64,000 nucleotides of DNA from Antechinus flavipes (Eukaryota). The DNA is taken from the NCBI RefSeq assembly GCF_016432865.1, contig NC_067398.1, forward strand, positions 83,390,001 to 83,454,000. The letters are read 5' to 3'. The position numbers were made by a program, and so were the translations under genes. This document shows positions 60,770 through 64,000 of this stretch, one piece after another (position 1 is the stretch's first letter; each line of letters begins with the position of its first letter). The notes under the pieces were generated by a model that saw only the letters and a program-made list of their open reading frames with translations, did not search any database and had not been told where the DNA came from.

Positions 60770-61810
60770 CGGGGTGATCCCTAGAGGTGGCCGGTCCCAG
60801 CTGAGGAAAGGGACTTTTCGAGGTCACACAGTGGGCTCAGGGAGAGCTGGTTAGCCAGGCTTCAGACTCTGGGTACGGAAATCTTTTCGGTGGAAAACCC
60901 TGCCGCACCCACCCCCATCCAGTAGTCCCGCAAGCTCAGTCACCCACTTAGTCAATGACACGGCATAATCATGCTCACAGATCCATCCTGGGAATGGGGG
61001 AAGGGCCTCCCCATCTCCCTTGTCCCCCACCCATCTACTCTCGGGGCGTTTTCTCAGCCCCTTCGTGCTTCGGGCTACAATAAAACTAACGATGCCGAAG
61101 GACTAGTACTTTATGTTGGAGTGGTAGCTGCGATCCCAAACCCGAGCGTCCAGAGTGGGACAGATGGAGGGGTTAGATTTGAGTTCAGGCTAATCCCAAC
61201 TTGCCTCTCCTCTCCTCTCCTGCTTGGGCACCGAGATGCTATCCCTCCACCCCCAACCCCTCCTGGGAGGAGTGTGCTGTGTTGACTGCCCCGGGGGGAG
61301 CACAGGGCCCCTCTTCTTTCCCCATCCTCCCATTGGAAACAGGTGTGTGGTTGCCTCCTCGGAGGGGAGGAGTCCCGGACCCCTCCACCCCGCAATTGGG
61401 AATACAGGTTTGTGCTGGCCTTCCCAGAGGTGGGGAGGACAGTTCCGGACTTCCTCCTCCTCCGGCGGTGGGGGAAAAGACCAGTCACTCAAAGGTCTTC
61501 ACTTCTCCCGGCCGCGTCTACTCGGGTCCCGGCTTCCAGTTCGGCCTCGGGACAGAGAGCTGGCCTTTGTGGGGGTGGAGGGAGGGAGAAGCGTAAAGCA
61601 TTAAAGTCTGGGCCAAGGAAGGAACAGTTCCCTGTCGGGACTACTCGCCCGAGGGTTTTCTGTAAGGGTTTGCACGGGAATCAGCCGCTTCGCTTTCATC
61701 CCGAGGGCTGCTGGCCCTGTAAAAGATTACGGCAGGGGGACCTGCACAGTGGCGGTAAGTTTTCGGATCTCCACATCGGCCACAGCTCATTCTCCTGTCC
61801 TACCTCGTCT
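60770..61810 (+). promoter_or_regulatory. CpG-rich island with a strong donor GCG|GTAAGT at 61754/61755 (probable non-coding first exon)
   Basis: CpG retention, ETS-like and NF-kB-like (gggacttttc, 60810) motifs; nearest strong acceptor at 63590. Confidence 0.65.
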
Positions 61811-62758
61811 CCGAAACCTTATTCTCCCATTTCCCCGCCCCCAAAGTCTCCCTTATTTCCCTATTCTTCCAATCCCACCATTTAAGCCTGCCACTTCACT
61901 CCCCTGTCCCAGCATCCTCCTGGATTCTCCCTTCTCTTTCTGCTCCGCTTCCCTCCTCCTCTGGACGCCTGACCATCTCTTTCGTGTTCTCAGAACCCCA
62001 TTCTTTTCCCTAAAGCACAACTCTAACCATGTCATGTCCACTTCGATTCCATAAAATCCAGTAACTCCTTATTATGACTTCCTATTCCAGGATTAAATAT
62101 TCAGTTCTTTGCCCTTCATAACCCGGCCCCTTTCTGTCATTCTAGGCTTCTTACATTTTATTTACCCCTCCGTGAATTCTGCAGTCCGGTCTCTTACTCT
62201 TCCTTATACAGTCCATCTCCCATCTCCATGCTTTGAGGTTTGCTATCTCTTCTCACCCTTCTCCTGGCTTCCCTCAAATTCCTCCAGATCCCTATTGCTT
62301 TCATCCCCACTTCCCAATTGCTAATAATGCCTTCCATCATTGATTGGCTTCCATCCACTATTCTGTATATATCCAGTACATATGCCCAATACATTCCCGA
62401 TTGTTGTATGTTGTTCTTGGTTCCCAATATGCTATGTCCCCCATTAGAATGTGAATCCGAGGACATAAAGACAAATGTCCTAAGCTTGTAGCACAATGCC
62501 TGGAGTGTAGTAGGGTTTTTTTTTTTTTTAATTGTTGTAACAACAACATGTCTGACTTTTGGGGATCTCATTTGGAGTTTTCTTGGAAGAGATAATTCAC
62601 CATGTCCTTCTCCAGCTTTTTTTACAGATGAGGAAATTGAGATAAACAGAGTTAAGTGATTTGCCTGGAGTCACATAGCTAGTAAGTGCCTGAATCTGAA
62701 TTTGAATTCAAGTCTTTTTGACTCCAGAGTTGGCACATTGTAACACCTAGTATATGGT

Positions 62759-62870
62759 ACCATTACATCACCATACTAAGTATATATATGAACTAAAGAA
62801 GCATCATCTCATCAATTCCATTGAGTTAACACCTTGTTTCAAGTATACTTCTCCAGAGTTCCAGCCCTCT
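62759..62870 (+). repeat. ~112-bp segment duplicated at 47184-47303
   Basis: See the partner feature at 47184. Confidence 0.92.
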
Positions 62871-63468
62871 ACACTTATTGACCATCCCCCAGCCTTCCTC
62901 TTCACCAGTTCTCTTAACTCCCCTCTTTATTCCCTGGTACCTCTATTCTATGGCCCCCCAAATTCCTATCTCATCCCACTGATGCTCCAACCCTCTTTTC
63001 CCCAATCCAATCCTGTCTTTCATCCTCCTGTCCTCTTATTTCTTTATTCATGTCTCTATATTCTCTTGTTCTTTGACCCCATTCTCTTATCTCCCTGTTC
63101 CCCAGTCCCTGCAATCTTGATCCCTTTGGTCTGTTTTCCTGACTCTCTACCCTATCTTCCCCATCTCTCTCTATTATCTTTTATCAGTCAAGGCAAGGAC
63201 AGATTCCATACTTCACCCTCCATATGGCTTGACTTTGTGATATCTTAGCCTCGCCTTTTCCAAATTTAGGAACATCTCCCCAGTGGCTTGATTAGACAGA
63301 TATGGTATTATCCATTCTAGTTGCTGCCTAATCCCAGAGTTTCCCTCACAAACTGTGCTCTAGTGATTGTTTAATCTGGGAGCTCTTGAGTCACTTGTTG
63401 ACCTTGCCATGGTATCTCATCCTAGGACATCCAGTCTCTGAAATAGTGAATGTTTAACCTGAGAGTCT

Positions 63469-63471
<3 letters not shown>

Positions 63472-63511
<40 letters not shown>
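63472..63511 (+). repeat. (TG)20 microsatellite
   Basis: Read directly. Confidence 0.97.
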
Positions 63512-63514
<3 letters not shown>

Positions 63515-63619
63515 ATGGACATGAGCTCCCTTCTTGATCCTGAAAGCAGAAGTTAAAACCAACTCACCCACCACTGTTCTGTCACAACAGAATCTGATCT
63601 ACTGATTCCACTATGCACC

Positions 63620-64000
63620 ATGGCTCCAGGAGGCTTCATTTTTTTCATCTGTGCCCTTTTGCTGATCTATCCAGACCTAACTCAGGGTTCAGGCGGCCCT
63701 GTGCTGCCCAACGTCCCCTTTGTTGCAATCTGGAATGCCAACACCTATTTGTGCCAACAGAAATTTCAGGTGAACATCAGCCTGGACACCTTCCATGTGA
63801 TAACCAATCCAAACCAGGTCTTTAAGGGACCAAACATGACCATCTTCTATAGCAATGAGCTGGGCCTTTATCCGTGGTATACACCCACTGGGCAGCCTAT
63901 CAATGGGGGCTTACCTCAGAATGCCAATTTTGGTGCCCACATGGCCAATTCCTATAACGACATCTTGACCACTTTGCCTGAACCTGACTTCAAGGGGGTT
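63620..64000 (+). CDS. Second hyaluronidase-1-like gene (B), first 127 codons, runs off the window
   Basis: Not in the ORF track. MAPGGFIFFICALLLIYPDLTQGSGGPVLPNVPFVAIWNANTYLCQQKFQVNISLDTFHVITNPNQVFKGPNMTIFYSNELGLYPWYTPTGQPINGGLPQNANFGAHMANSYNDILTTLPEPDFKGV, open to the window end; optimal Kozak accATGg; acceptor CAG at 63588-63590 with branch-like ctcac. Confidence 0.9.
   Translation, partial: MAPGGFIFFICALLLIYPDLTQGSGGPVLPNVPFVAIWNANTYLCQQKFQVNISLDTFHVITNPNQVFKGPNMTIFYSNELGLYPWYTPTGQPINGGLPQNANFGAHMANSYNDILTTLPEPDFKGV

Noticed and set aside
63620-64000. Calling the last gene HYAL3, as expected from human gene order
   Set aside because: WNANT, MTIFYS, YTPTG.P, GGLPQNA and DIL...P.PDF.G are HYAL1-type; HYAL3-type WNVPS and GGIPQ motifs are absent.

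Overview
Eukaryotic (marsupial, dasyurid-like judging by the SINE, L1 and RTE sequences; species not provable from the window) segment syntenic to human 3p21.3, with all genes on the + strand. Order: last four coding exons of RASSF1 (3093-4811), complete TUSC2/FUS1 (118 aa), complete HYAL2 (476 aa, GPI-type tail), a ~27-kb repeat-rich interval, a complete HYAL1-like gene (443 aa, 57002-59241), a CpG-rich island, and the start of a SECOND HYAL1-like gene (63620 to the window end). The second gene sits where NAA80/HYAL3 follow HYAL1 in human. Best leads: (1) an old tandem HYAL1 duplication in which the first copy has a Trp->Gly change at a family-conserved cleft residue and the second may use the CpG island as promoter; (2) a 2.9-kb ERV3/HERV-I-like pol-env-U3-R fragment that ends in poly(A) and has a ~15-bp TSD, i.e. 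a retroviral mRNA copied by LINE-1; (3) two nested solo LTRs 30 nt after the HYAL1-like stop that supply the first AATAAA signals; (4) uORFs next to the main AUG of TUSC2, HYAL2 and the second HYAL1-like gene; (5) several local duplications at 41-49 kb. Three N gaps are present. All alignments were done by eye and human reference sequences are recalled from memory, so both need computational confirmation.
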